A stretch of 64,000 nucleotides of DNA from Ignavibacteriota bacterium (lineage in GTDB: Bacteria; Bacteroidota; Ignavibacteria; UBA10030): positions 1 through 64,000 of the forward strand of contig CAVSHO010000014.1 in assembly GCA_963727825.1 (NCBI GenBank), read 5' to 3'. Made by a program: the position numbers and the translations under genes. Below the pieces are notes generated by a model, which was given only the letters and a program-made list of their open reading frames with translations, was not told the origin of the DNA and made no database searches. Shown here in pieces: positions 39,848-48,379 of the stretch; position 1 is the first letter of the stretch, and every line of letters starts with the position of its first letter.

Positions 39848-42800
39848 GATGATTTTCCTTCCACAATTGCAATTTCTTTTTCTGTCAATCCGTATAATTT
39901 ATATACCAGATCATCAATCTTTTTATCTGTGGCGACGATTTGGCGCTCGATCGGTTCTTTCTCACTGTCAAAATGTGCTTTTTGCAATTGCTTGTTGAGT
40001 TCCAACATTTTCTCCACGAGCGACACGAGATCGTCGTGCATTTTCTTTTCGGCAGGATTATTAAAATCGATTGTGCGGATGGGAAGCTGCTCGATTTGAA
40101 CACCTTTAATTTTTGGAAATGTGTCTTTCCTGTCAGACATCATCTTTTGAAAGAAATATCCTAAAACCTTCGAACATATCACACCAAGAAAGTATTCTTC
40201 TCTTATCTCATTTTCTTTATTAACCAGCACGTACACAGTCTGATCACAATAATATCTTTCGTTATCTATCGTGGCATAGATTCTTTCTGCACCCATGACC
40301 TGTCTTACTAATACCTTTTTTGACTGAAGGAAGATGCTTTCATCCCGAAAAGCTTGATTTGTAAACTTTGACTCTAGTATTTTATTATAATGCACCCATT
40401 CACCATCCCAAATCAATCTGAATGGTTTTACTGAACTTCCAAGAAGAAATTTGTGATAATTATTATTTCTCTTCTTGGTTTCAACAAAATCTTTTCGAAC
40501 CTTCATTCCTGCTTTTACATCATAGAATGATTCAAGAGGTTTAGAGTCTTTTTTTATCTTCTTAGCCACTTCAAGTCCAATTGTATCTAGATTGCTATTA
40601 AACGAGCAATCAGAAAGATTATAAATAGCAGATTGCTTAATTCTATTTTGGGGAGTATCAACACGCTCATATTGCGATGCAGAAACCTCACCAATGGCAA
40701 TCATATTTTCGCGAAGTTCCTTTTTCTTTTTTGTGCTTCTCAAAACGATTATTGATGTATCAACTGCTGCATTTTCAAAAACACCTTCTTTGAGATTTAC
40801 AATTATCTCAGCAGCCGTGTGCTCGATAATATATCTTCGTAACCGTTCATAATAATAATTCGTTAAAATACCATTAGGTATGATATAACCAAGCCTACCT
40901 CCTTCATTAAGCAATCGAGTCGCATGTTCAATAAAGAAAGCAAAAGTATCTGGTTGATATGAGGCAGCTTCATATTTCCTGATAAGATAATCTTTAATCG
41001 TACTATCGATGAATTGGCTCCGTATATACGGCGGATTCCCAATCACCACATCGAAGCCTCGAGAACCTTCCGAAGGTCTCAGCGGATCTGGATTGACCTT
41101 CGGAAGGTGGCCGTTTCCTTCGAAAGGTTTCCCGTTATTCCGGCCTTTACCAAGTATTTCCGGAAACTCTAATTCCCAATCGAACGGATTTACTTTGCGC
41201 CGGGCATCTTCGTCAAATAAATTTCCCTGCGAAGTAAAGTCCGTGCCGATCAGCGAATTGCCGCATTTAATATTATTTGCCAGCGAGGGCAAGTACACTT
41301 CTTTGAGTGCAAGCGTCATTTGCGGATTGAGTGTTTCGGCATTCTCGCCTTCTAACACTTTCAGGTAGAGCGACATCTGCGTCACTTCTACCGCCTGCCT
41401 ATCTATATCTACGCCGTAAATGTTCTTCACCAAAATATCACGTTTCTTGCGCGGTGAGAGATGGTAATTGCCGCCAGTGTCTTTGTATGCATCCGGCACA
41501 TTGTTTTCAGTTTTAATATCTTCTGGGTGCGTGGTGTACCATTCAATGTGATAATCAATCAGTTTCTGAAATGCACCGAGCAGGAACGATCCACTTCCGC
41601 AAGCGATGTCAATTATTTTTAATTTTGATACCTGTTTTGGCGAAAGCTTGAGAGTTCGACGATCAAACTGTCCCCCTTGTAGGGGGACCACAGAGGGTTC
41701 CGCCATTTGCTTTGGAACCTCACCCTGACCCTCTCCTACAAGGAGAGGGGATCGTTTTTCATCTTCTTCGTACAACAATTTCCCAAGTGTATTATCTACG
41801 ATGTACTTTACAATATACTGCGGTGTGTAATAAACTCCACCAGCTTTTCGAACCTCCGGCTTTTCCTCAATACGCGTTGTCTTTGGTGTCAGATGAATCG
41901 TTTTTCCTAAAAACTTTTCATAAATGCTGCCAAGTATCTCGACACCGATTTCATTGAAGTGATACGGCGAGAACGGATAATTCAAATTCTCCAGAATTTT
42001 TATCAATACCTCGTCGCCAACTTCAAGTTCTTCGCATTGATGTTGACTAAAGAGTAGACCATTATACAACGACCGCCGCTGTTTGAATAAATCATTCAAT
42101 AGAGAATACAACGATAACCCACGGCGTTCCTTCCACATTCGCAAAATGGCAAGGAGAGTATTTTCAACTTCGATTTCTCTGTCTTCGCACACGCGAATGA
42201 ACACAATACGATCAAGGATGCGTTGCACAGCTTCATTAAGCGTGTAATCGTTCAGAATTCGACGGTTCTTCGGATGTTTAGCAATATCTCTCGCTAACTC
42301 TTCACGCCACTTGGACAAGTCTTCTAAAAATTCGCGGTCGAGCGCAAAGTCGCCGGTGCGCTTGAGCATCATTTTCTTTGTCAGCACTTCCAGCGAACCT
42401 GCCGCTACTGCTTCGCGCGAGAAGGTATCGTACAAAAGGTCGAATCTATCCAAGTAGTTTTTATAGGTTATATCGAAATCGTGTATTACGCCTAATTTCG
42501 GTTTCTCAAACAAAGGACGCTGGGTGCAATCAAATGTGCGGAACTCTTCGAAATCTGTAAGAATGGCAAGCGGTACACGCCCGGAAAATCCATATCTTTT
42601 AACCTGAAAGATCGCCGATTGGCTTTTCGCAAGATCAACAGAAGGCTTTTTTGCTTCGACAAAGAATTTCGTTTGCCCGCCAATGCGAAATCGATAATCC
42701 GGCTTTTTGACTGCTTCTTTTGAACTTGCTTTATATTCGTCCTCTGCAATATAATCCAGAATGGACGTGTACTCTTTATATTCTTTACCGAGAGTTTCTT

Positions 42801-43065
42801 TTTTCGGAAAGAGCGGTTCCTGTTCTCGTACTTCCTTACCAACGTTAGATTTCACTCGTGATTCAGGCACTACCTCTTGGCGAAACAATGGCAGCATTAA
42901 GCGGTTATGCATATCCCAGCCAAATGATTCGAAGAATGGATCAATCAATTGCTGGCGTGCTTGAGTTTCGTTAAAGGAGGGAGATTTTAATTGGTAAATA
43001 TTTGAATCGAAGAATTGAACTAATTTTTCTATCTGTTGCCTCGCAGCAAGCCTATCATTTGCCAT
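39844..43065 (-). CDS. Type IIG restriction-modification enzyme (nuclease + N6-adenine methyltransferase + target recognition domain)
   Basis: KPDY…FVEAKKP nuclease, GVYYTP motif X, DIACGSGSFL motif I, GNPPY motif IV, TaqI-C-like C-terminal region. Confidence 0.92.
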   Translation of the reverse strand: MANDRLAARQQIEKLVQFFDSNIYQLKSPSFNETQARQQLIDPFFESFGWDMHNRLMLPLFRQEVVPESRVKSNVGKEVREQEPLFPKKETLGKEYKEYTSILDYIAEDEYKASSKEAVKKPDYRFRIGGQTKFFVEAKKPSVDLAKSQSAIFQVKRYGFSGRVPLAILTDFEEFRTFDCTQRPLFEKPKLGVIHDFDITYKNYLDRFDLLYDTFSREAVAAGSLEVLTKKMMLKRTGDFALDREFLEDLSKWREELARDIAKHPKNRRILNDYTLNEAVQRILDRIVFIRVCEDREIEVENTLLAILRMWKERRGLSLYSLLNDLFKQRRSLYNGLLFSQHQCEELEVGDEVLIKILENLNYPFSPYHFNEIGVEILGSIYEKFLGKTIHLTPKTTRIEEKPEVRKAGGVYYTPQYIVKYIVDNTLGKLLYEEDEKRSPLLVGEGQGEVPKQMAEPSVVPLQGGQFDRRTLKLSPKQVSKLKIIDIACGSGSFLLGAFQKLIDYHIEWYTTHPEDIKTENNVPDAYKDTGGNYHLSPRKKRDILVKNIYGVDIDRQAVEVTQMSLYLKVLEGENAETLNPQMTLALKEVYLPSLANNIKCGNSLIGTDFTSQGNLFDEDARRKVNPFDWELEFPEILGKGRNNGKPFEGNGHLPKVNPDPLRPSEGSRGFDVVIGNPPYIRSQFIDSTIKDYLIRKYEAASYQPDTFAFFIEHATRLLNEGGRLGYIIPNGILTNYYYERLRRYIIEHTAAEIIVNLKEGVFENAAVDTSIIVLRSTKKKKELRENMIAIGEVSASQYERVDTPQNRIKQSAIYNLSDCSFNSNLDTIGLEVAKKIKKDSKPLESFYDVKAGMKVRKDFVETKKRNNNYHKFLLGSSVKPFRLIWDGEWVHYNKILESKFTNQAFRDESIFLQSKKVLVRQVMGAERIYATIDNERYYCDQTVYVLVNKENEIREEYFLGVICSKVLGYFFQKMMSDRKDTFPKIKGVQIEQLPIRTIDFNNPAEKKMHDDLVSLVEKMLELNKQLQKAHFDSEKEPIERQIVATDKKIDDLVYKLYGLTEKEIAIVEGKSS
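41062..41108. repeat. REP palindrome inserted in frame in the RM gene
   Basis: 44/47 identical to the intergenic palindrome at 59165-59211; reads LPKVNPDPLRPSEGS just before motif IV. Confidence 0.9.
41670..41750. repeat. Inverted REP doublet inserted in frame in the RM gene
   Basis: GTCCCCCTTGTAGGGGGACCACAGAGGG plus CCTCACCCTGACCCTCTCCTACAAGGAGAGGG; the first resembles the reverse complement of intergenic 61237-61266; reads SPLLVGEGQGEV…PSVVPLQGGQ. Confidence 0.85.
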
Positions 43066-43133
43066 AGATTTCTTGATTCTAATCGTTTCTTGATAAGATC
43101 ATACGATGAGACTTCGGTACCGCCACCGTTAAT

Positions 43134-43161
43134 CTACCAAACCCTTTGCTTGTTTGCAATG
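43134..43161 (-). promoter_or_regulatory. 28-bp direct repeat and putative sigma70-like promoter for the RM gene
   Basis: Minus strand TTGCAA-17 nt-TAGATT; 26/28 identical to 43740-43767. Confidence 0.7.
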
Positions 43162-43187
43162 ACTTTATATTCCCCTCACGTTAAAGT

Positions 43188-43706
43188 CTACATGAAATTG
43201 TTGGAAATTTCCTTTTCTATTAGCCATTTGAAAGGATTGTTGGCGATATATTCTCTTATATTATCGAGATCTTTGTCATCGCGTATGATATGCTCGTAAT
43301 AATTTCTCTGCCAGAATCGATCTCCTGGTGTTCGATTCATTGCGTTGATCAATTTCGTCGATTGGTATTTGAAATATGCCACCATATTTCCCAATGTCGG
43401 TTTACGTAGTAGGGGCGAGGTCACCTCGCCCCTACCAGGTTCATTGATAACGATAATTCCATGCAAGTGATTTGGCATGGTTATAAACGCATCCAATTCG
43501 ACATCATGAAAATGTCCGGGAATGTCTTTCCAACATCGTTTTACAATTTCTCCATTAGAGGATAAACACATTTCTTCATTTACAATCTTGCCTAAAGAAC
43601 ATGTTTTGCCCTGTGTACACATCGTTATAAAATAATCTCCGGGCTGAGAATAATCATAATCCTGCAGCCGAATAGAACGTCTCTTGTGTAAATTGAGATT
43701 AATCAT
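43188..43706 (-). mobile_element. REP-associated tyrosine transposase (RAYT/TnpA-REP, Y1 HUH family)
   Basis: RRSIRLQDYDYSQPGDYFITMCT, HUH motif MPNHLHGII, FK, WQRNYYEHIIR, catalytic YIANNP. Confidence 0.92.
43409..43435. repeat. GTAG-class REP inside the RAYT coding sequence (in frame)
   Basis: GTAGGGGCGAGGT-c-ACCTCGCCCCTAC, read as GRGEVTSPLL after the HUH motif. Confidence 0.85.
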
Positions 43707-43739
43707 AAAGGGATTTGTGAGAACTGGAGCTTTTTTAAA

Positions 43740-43767
43740 CTACGAAACCCTTTGCTTGTTTGCAACG
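43740..43767 (-). promoter_or_regulatory. 28-bp direct repeat and putative promoter for the RAYT gene
   Basis: Minus strand TTGCAA-17 nt-TAGTTT, 33 bp upstream of the RAYT ATG. Confidence 0.7.
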
Positions 43768-43842
43768 GTTCCCTAACAAAACAGGCGATGCATTGCCGCA
43801 CTTTCTGTGAAATTAAGATATGACAAACATTTCCGATCGCTC

Positions 43843-44613
43843 TTAGCGGTCGGAAAGCTGCACGACATCGCCGTTTTTCAGAATGCGAATTTTATCTGAA
43901 ATACCGATTCGTTTTGCTTCTTCCTGAAGGAGCAGAGGCGGTTCTTGAAGAGGTTCATCACTAATCTTAAATGTTCCCCAATGCATTGGTATTAACATGT
44001 CGGCTTTGAGATCCATGAAAGCCTGGATAGCAGTTTGCGGATTGAGATGTATATCTTTAAACCAGTTGTGCGGTTTATAGGCACCTATAGGAAGAAGAGC
44101 CGCACTGATGAGAAATCGGGATGAAATTTCTTTGAAATGTGTACTGTAACCGGTATCGCCGGCAAAGTAAATTGTGTTGTGTGGACTTTCGATGACATAT
44201 CCGCAGCATAAGCGCTTGTTACGCTGGAAAGGTGTACGATTACCTTTATGTTTTGCTGGAACACATGTAATCCGGAGCTGATCGTGGTCATGAGTCTCCC
44301 ATTCCTTCATTTCGATAACCGATGTAAAACCAGCATCGTACGCATACTTAGCATCACCCAGCGGAACGATAATTTGCGATTGGTGCTGCCTGCGGAGTTT
44401 GCGGAGTGTGCGTGTATTCAGATGGTCGTAATCATTATGAGAGATAAGGATAATATCGATTTGCGGAAGATCTTTAAAAGGGATACCGACTTTTTGCATA
44501 CGCGGCGCAATCCATCCTATCGAGCATGCATAAATTGGATCGGTGATAATATTAGTATCCCCGATCTGAATAAGCAAAGTTGCATGGTTGATAAGTGTGA
44601 TTTTCGTGCTCAT
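43843..44613 (-). CDS. MBL-fold metallohydrolase (NAPE-PLD / Lactamase_B_2-like)
   Basis: ITDP, ISHNDYDHL, PAKH, FAGDTGY, LPIGAY, PMHWGTF. Start placed at MSTKITLINH because the longer ORF begins inside a REP. Confidence 0.88.
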   Translation of the reverse strand: MSTKITLINHATLLIQIGDTNIITDPIYACSIGWIAPRMQKVGIPFKDLPQIDIILISHNDYDHLNTRTLRKLRRQHQSQIIVPLGDAKYAYDAGFTSVIEMKEWETHDHDQLRITCVPAKHKGNRTPFQRNKRLCCGYVIESPHNTIYFAGDTGYSTHFKEISSRFLISAALLPIGAYKPHNWFKDIHLNPQTAIQAFMDLKADMLIPMHWGTFKISDEPLQEPPLLLQEEAKRIGISDKIRILKNGDVVQLSDR

Positions 44614-44679
44614 TGCGATCTTCTTGATATCTGTTTTAATATTAAAAGCATTAAGCACGAAGTGCAAACCACCAACAAT

Positions 44680-44824
44680 CACCCCTTTCCCGACACGACC
44701 AATCGTGTCGAGACTGTCCCCTCTTTTTGTCATGCCCGTGTAAACGGGCATCTTAGTTTAAGATATGTAAGATTCCCGCGTGCGCCTGCTCGCCGCTTCG
44801 CTTTGTCAGGCAGGTGGGAATGAC
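44680..44824. repeat. Composite REP cluster with nested palindromes
   Basis: Partial ACCCCT…GTCCCCTCT REP carrying CGACACGA…TCGTGTCG; then GTCATGCCCGTGTAAACGGGCATC…GATTCCCGCGTGCG[CCTGC…GCAGG 44785-44814]TGGGAATGAC. Confidence 0.7.
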
Positions 44825-44841
44825 GGATGGAAGATGAACAA

Positions 44842-45600
44842 CTACACTGCCCCTTGTTCCTTCTTCTTCACCGGAAATATAATCGACACGCTCAACGCTA
44901 GCAATGCGTGAAAAAACACAAGCGTATATCCTGTAGGCAGATCCAGATTGTAGGAAACGAGAATCGACACTAAATTTACAGCCGTTCCGATGATCCATGC
45001 AGTGAGAAGCAATTTCCCTTTATTGATTCTCAGTGCAATATATGCAGGTGCAACGAGGAGAGAAAAAACAATAAGCACTCCCGCTAATCGCACGGAACTG
45101 GTCACCGTAGCTGCAAACGATACGAAGAAGAGTGCATCCTTCCAAAATCCTTTCATGCGAGGATACACAAAGACGAGCAACAAACCGAGCAGGGAATAAA
45201 TAATTCCCGTTTCGATAATATCTGACCATGGCGTAAAGAGAATATCCGAGGCCATCAGTTTATCGAACATCTCCATTCCATGCGCCGACTTGGAAAGAAT
45301 AATAAACACACCTGAAATTCCAAATGCGTATAGAAGTCCGATGAATGCTTCGTGCGATACGGTCCGCTTGGATGCAATTGCAATGGCAAGTCCTGCAAGC
45401 AAAGCAAAAGCAAGTGATAGCGGATAAATAAATAGGCCGTCGAAGAAAAGAATCGAAAGCGCAGCTCCAATTGCGGACATTTGTCCTATTGCAAGGTCTG
45501 TAAAAATAATTCCCCTCCTGATGATTTCCAACCCGAAGAAAGAATGAATGCCGAGCAGTACAACAGAAAGAACGAATGCGGAAAGAAGTATATCAGCCAT
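44842..45600 (-). CDS. Metal ABC transporter permease (ABC-3 / ZnuB-like)
   Basis: GLEIIRRGIIFTDLAIGQ, SDILF, TSSVRLAGVLIVFSLLVAPA, DLPTG. Confidence 0.88.
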   Translation of the reverse strand: MADILLSAFVLSVVLLGIHSFFGLEIIRRGIIFTDLAIGQMSAIGAALSILFFDGLFIYPLSLAFALLAGLAIAIASKRTVSHEAFIGLLYAFGISGVFIILSKSAHGMEMFDKLMASDILFTPWSDIIETGIIYSLLGLLLVFVYPRMKGFWKDALFFVSFAATVTSSVRLAGVLIVFSLLVAPAYIALRINKGKLLLTAWIIGTAVNLVSILVSYNLDLPTGYTLVFFHALLALSVSIIFPVKKKEQGAV

Positions 45601-46486
45601 TAGTCAATCTCCTTACAATCTCATCAAACATGCTGAACACATTATCAGCCTCTTTTATAGATCCGACATCATGCGGCATAATAATAAGTTTTACATTAAG
45701 TTTTTTTGATAAATACGACGAAGCATCCTGCGGATTGTACACATCCTGTAGTATAAACTTGATTCCTTCTCGCTGGATTAATTTCTCAACTTCTGCAATG
45801 TGCTTTGTGGTCGGCGGAATTCCTGGTAGCGGCTCGATCGTGCCGGCGATAACAAATCCGAATCGATCTAGGAAATAATCGAAGAGCTTGTGATACTCGA
45901 CGACCTTTTCTCCCTTGAACGGTTTTAACTTCTCTTCCCACGTTTTCATTTTTTGCTGCCAGAGACCGTACAGTTCTTTATTATTGGCTTCATAGAAAGC
46001 TTGATTATCGGGATCAAGTTCGCTCAACCGTTCAGTGATTGCATTCGCAACAAGCGGAATATTATCAGGATCCAAAAAGAAGTGCGGATTCCCTTCGGGA
46101 TGCACATCCCCAAGTTCACGGGATACACTCGTCGGCACATCGATCAGATGCACATGTTGAGAGAGATCGAGAAATCCCCGCTCCCCCGGCTGCACGGCGG
46201 CGTTATTCGCTTGCTTGATAATTTGGGGAAGCCATCCGATCTCTAATTGTCCGCCATTGATAATAAGAAGATCTGCTTTACGCATTTTTGCAATGTAGGA
46301 TGGTTTAGGAATGATGATGTGCGGATTATAATCTCCCCGTGCAAGAGAGATCACTTCGACACGATCTTTGCCGATACGCTGAGTGATATCGCCGATGTAA
46401 CCGTAGGTTGCCACAACCTGCAATTGCCCCGTGAAAGCTGCTTGCATGCACACTAACAAGAGCGGAATAATTTTTAACAGTTTCAT
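45593..46486 (-). CDS. Zn/Mn ABC transporter substrate-binding protein (cluster A-I, ZnuA-like)
   Basis: Signal peptide, NPH, NGGQLE.GWL, GDVHPEGNPHFFLDP, YH, IEPLPGIPPT; GGAG site before ATG 46486. Confidence 0.9.
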   Translation of the reverse strand: MKLLKIIPLLLVCMQAAFTGQLQVVATYGYIGDITQRIGKDRVEVISLARGDYNPHIIIPKPSYIAKMRKADLLIINGGQLEIGWLPQIIKQANNAAVQPGERGFLDLSQHVHLIDVPTSVSRELGDVHPEGNPHFFLDPDNIPLVANAITERLSELDPDNQAFYEANNKELYGLWQQKMKTWEEKLKPFKGEKVVEYHKLFDYFLDRFGFVIAGTIEPLPGIPPTTKHIAEVEKLIQREGIKFILQDVYNPQDASSYLSKKLNVKLIIMPHDVGSIKEADNVFSMFDEIVRRLTNG

Positions 46487-46550
46487 ACAATACTCCATAA
46501 TGAGATGTGAATTTATATTCTACTGGGTTAAATACTCCAACGTTCATACC

Positions 46551-46608
46551 GTCATTCCCGCGAAAGCGGGAATCCAGAACATCAGACTCCTGCGTACGCG
46601 GGAGTGAC
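46551..46608. repeat. GTCATTCCCGCGAAAGCGGGAATC-type REP pair
   Basis: GTCATTCCCGCGAAAGCGGGAATCCAG…GACTCCTGCGTACGCGGGAGTGAC. Confidence 0.85.
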
Positions 46609-46655
46609 AAAATACCTTGTCCCGCTGTGCAGGACTACGAGGATGTTTATTTTCT

Positions 46656-47939
46656 TCAAAATGCATGTGCTCCGTGAGCGCCGATTGTTAAATTTGCCTG
46701 TAAAATAATTTGTGTATATGGCTGCTGAGACCATCCTCCAGATGTCTGCACATAGCGGCTTAAGTCTCTATCGAGTTGAAGCCGGAGACGTGAGAATTCT
46801 GTTGGGCTATATTCGATCATTGCAGAATATCGCGGAAGATTTGACGGCATATGTTGATCCACGCCGCCGAGTAATACATCATTCTGCATCAGCAAATCGC
46901 ACCTTACGCCGATTTCCCAGAGTTGATCGAGCTTGGCGGCAACCTGTGCATAAAAACCGGAATTATGCTTGTCCAGACTCGGTGACAAAACAACGTTCGA
47001 TGAATCGCGCGTGTATTCTGTTCCGTTCATCACACGATACATATATTCGCCCTGGAGTGAAACAAAACGGATCGCATCGAGAGAATATTTAATGGTCAAA
47101 TCGCCGCCGATAATATCTGTGTTGGCATCAATGGCTTCTCCCGTGCCTCCTGTAGAAGAAAAGCCCTGATCGGTTCTTGTCGTTCCCAGCGCATTGGAAA
47201 TACCGAATAGGATCGAAGCCTCATCGATATCGAATGACGAGCGCAAAAATCCTATATAAAGATTCGGTCCCTGGACGGGACTGACGGAAACAATGTCTTT
47301 CGGATCGCTGAATCCTACAGTACCGAAGCTCTGCGGATTTTCGCCGTTCAGAACTTCTCCTCCTAGTACCAGAAAGAACGATGTAGGTGCAACCCACGTA
47401 ACCTGTGCGCCGATTTCATTCAGTCCATCTTCACCGAATAACGCTGTTGCAATAAGCGGCCGGTTGGCAAAGTCCCAGTAATGTTCATGCTGCTCGTTGA
47501 CCCTGCCAAAACTCGCGAGAAACTTTCCTGCCTTTATCTTAAAACCATACGGAAGTTTCCTTGTTGTAAAATATGCTTCTTCCAGGCCTGCACTTTCCGG
47601 TGCAAGATCGATAACGGCAAAGAGATCGAAATATGGATCGACGACGGAATATAGCGACATCTCACCATAATTGAAATTCAACCCACGGTGAGCATTCAAT
47701 CCGGAAGAACTCGGCAGGTTCAGAAACGGAAAGCTGAAACCGGGAATTGTCAAAGAGTAATATTTTTGATCTGCCATATCGCGCCCAACACCAGACACAT
47801 CGAGAATGAGTGCGATATCGGGAACATATTTGGACTGATCGAAGGCAGATCCTTCTTTCGATTGCGCCCGAAGCAATTCACCCGGCCAAAGAAATAATAA
47901 CATAAGCAATGCTGAAATGCATGTTTTGTTCAATTTCAT
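46656..47939 (-). CDS. Outer-membrane metal-uptake beta-barrel ('zinc-regulated outer membrane receptor'-like)
   Basis: Signal peptide, PDIALILD, VDPYF, LEEAY, GKF…FGRVNEQHEH.WDF..RP, EFSRLRLQ, C-terminal IGAHGAHAF. Confidence 0.82.
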   Translation of the reverse strand: MKLNKTCISALLMLLFLWPGELLRAQSKEGSAFDQSKYVPDIALILDVSGVGRDMADQKYYSLTIPGFSFPFLNLPSSSGLNAHRGLNFNYGEMSLYSVVDPYFDLFAVIDLAPESAGLEEAYFTTRKLPYGFKIKAGKFLASFGRVNEQHEHYWDFANRPLIATALFGEDGLNEIGAQVTWVAPTSFFLVLGGEVLNGENPQSFGTVGFSDPKDIVSVSPVQGPNLYIGFLRSSFDIDEASILFGISNALGTTRTDQGFSSTGGTGEAIDANTDIIGGDLTIKYSLDAIRFVSLQGEYMYRVMNGTEYTRDSSNVVLSPSLDKHNSGFYAQVAAKLDQLWEIGVRCDLLMQNDVLLGGVDQHMPSNLPRYSAMIEYSPTEFSRLRLQLDRDLSRYVQTSGGWSQQPYTQIILQANLTIGAHGAHAF

Positions 47940-48073
47940 AATAACTCCTAAATCTTTTTTATGACACTACAAGCAAAGACAAGAACATCACTGTTCGGGA
48001 TGAAGTATCAAATGATACTCAATTCCACCGCTCCAAAAAAAGTGTGGAATCGGTAAATTATTTTATTAAGAGA

Positions 48074-48379
48074 TTAGCTGAATTGAGGGGGAGCGTGAGA
48101 AGAAAAAACACTTGTATGGAACGGTTCCGTAACTCTTTCTGGCAGTGTGATAACGGAAAATAGAATAGGTTCATTATATAGATCAGAACATGCTTTCGTA
48201 TCGAATGACAATATGGAGTTTGCAACCTGGAAGTTACAAATTGCGCAGTTATCCTGGTTCTCACAATCATGATGATTGTGGAATGCACTGATTGTGAGGC
48301 TTCCTAAAAGCAACATCAACATCAATGCAGGTATAACGACACGTAAGAAATGGCGATATTGCATCGATAGAGATTTCAT
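48074..48379 (-). CDS. DUF2946/CruR-like leader protein (signal or TM segment, HNHH, CAIC, C-terminal HAPP)
   Basis: Hydrophobic N-terminus, FHNHHDC…NCAIC, ends SSHAPPQFS; first gene of the metal-uptake operon. Confidence 0.78.
   Translation of the reverse strand: MKSLSMQYRHFLRVVIPALMLMLLLGSLTISAFHNHHDCENQDNCAICNFQVANSILSFDTKACSDLYNEPILFSVITLPERVTEPFHTSVFSSHAPPQFS

Noticed and set aside
44614-44751. N-terminal extension of the MBL hydrolase ORF (and similar ORFs at 46326-46610, 59087-59323, 61147-61584)
   Set aside because: These frames run through palindromic repeats or antisense to real genes; the conserved domain starts at 44613.
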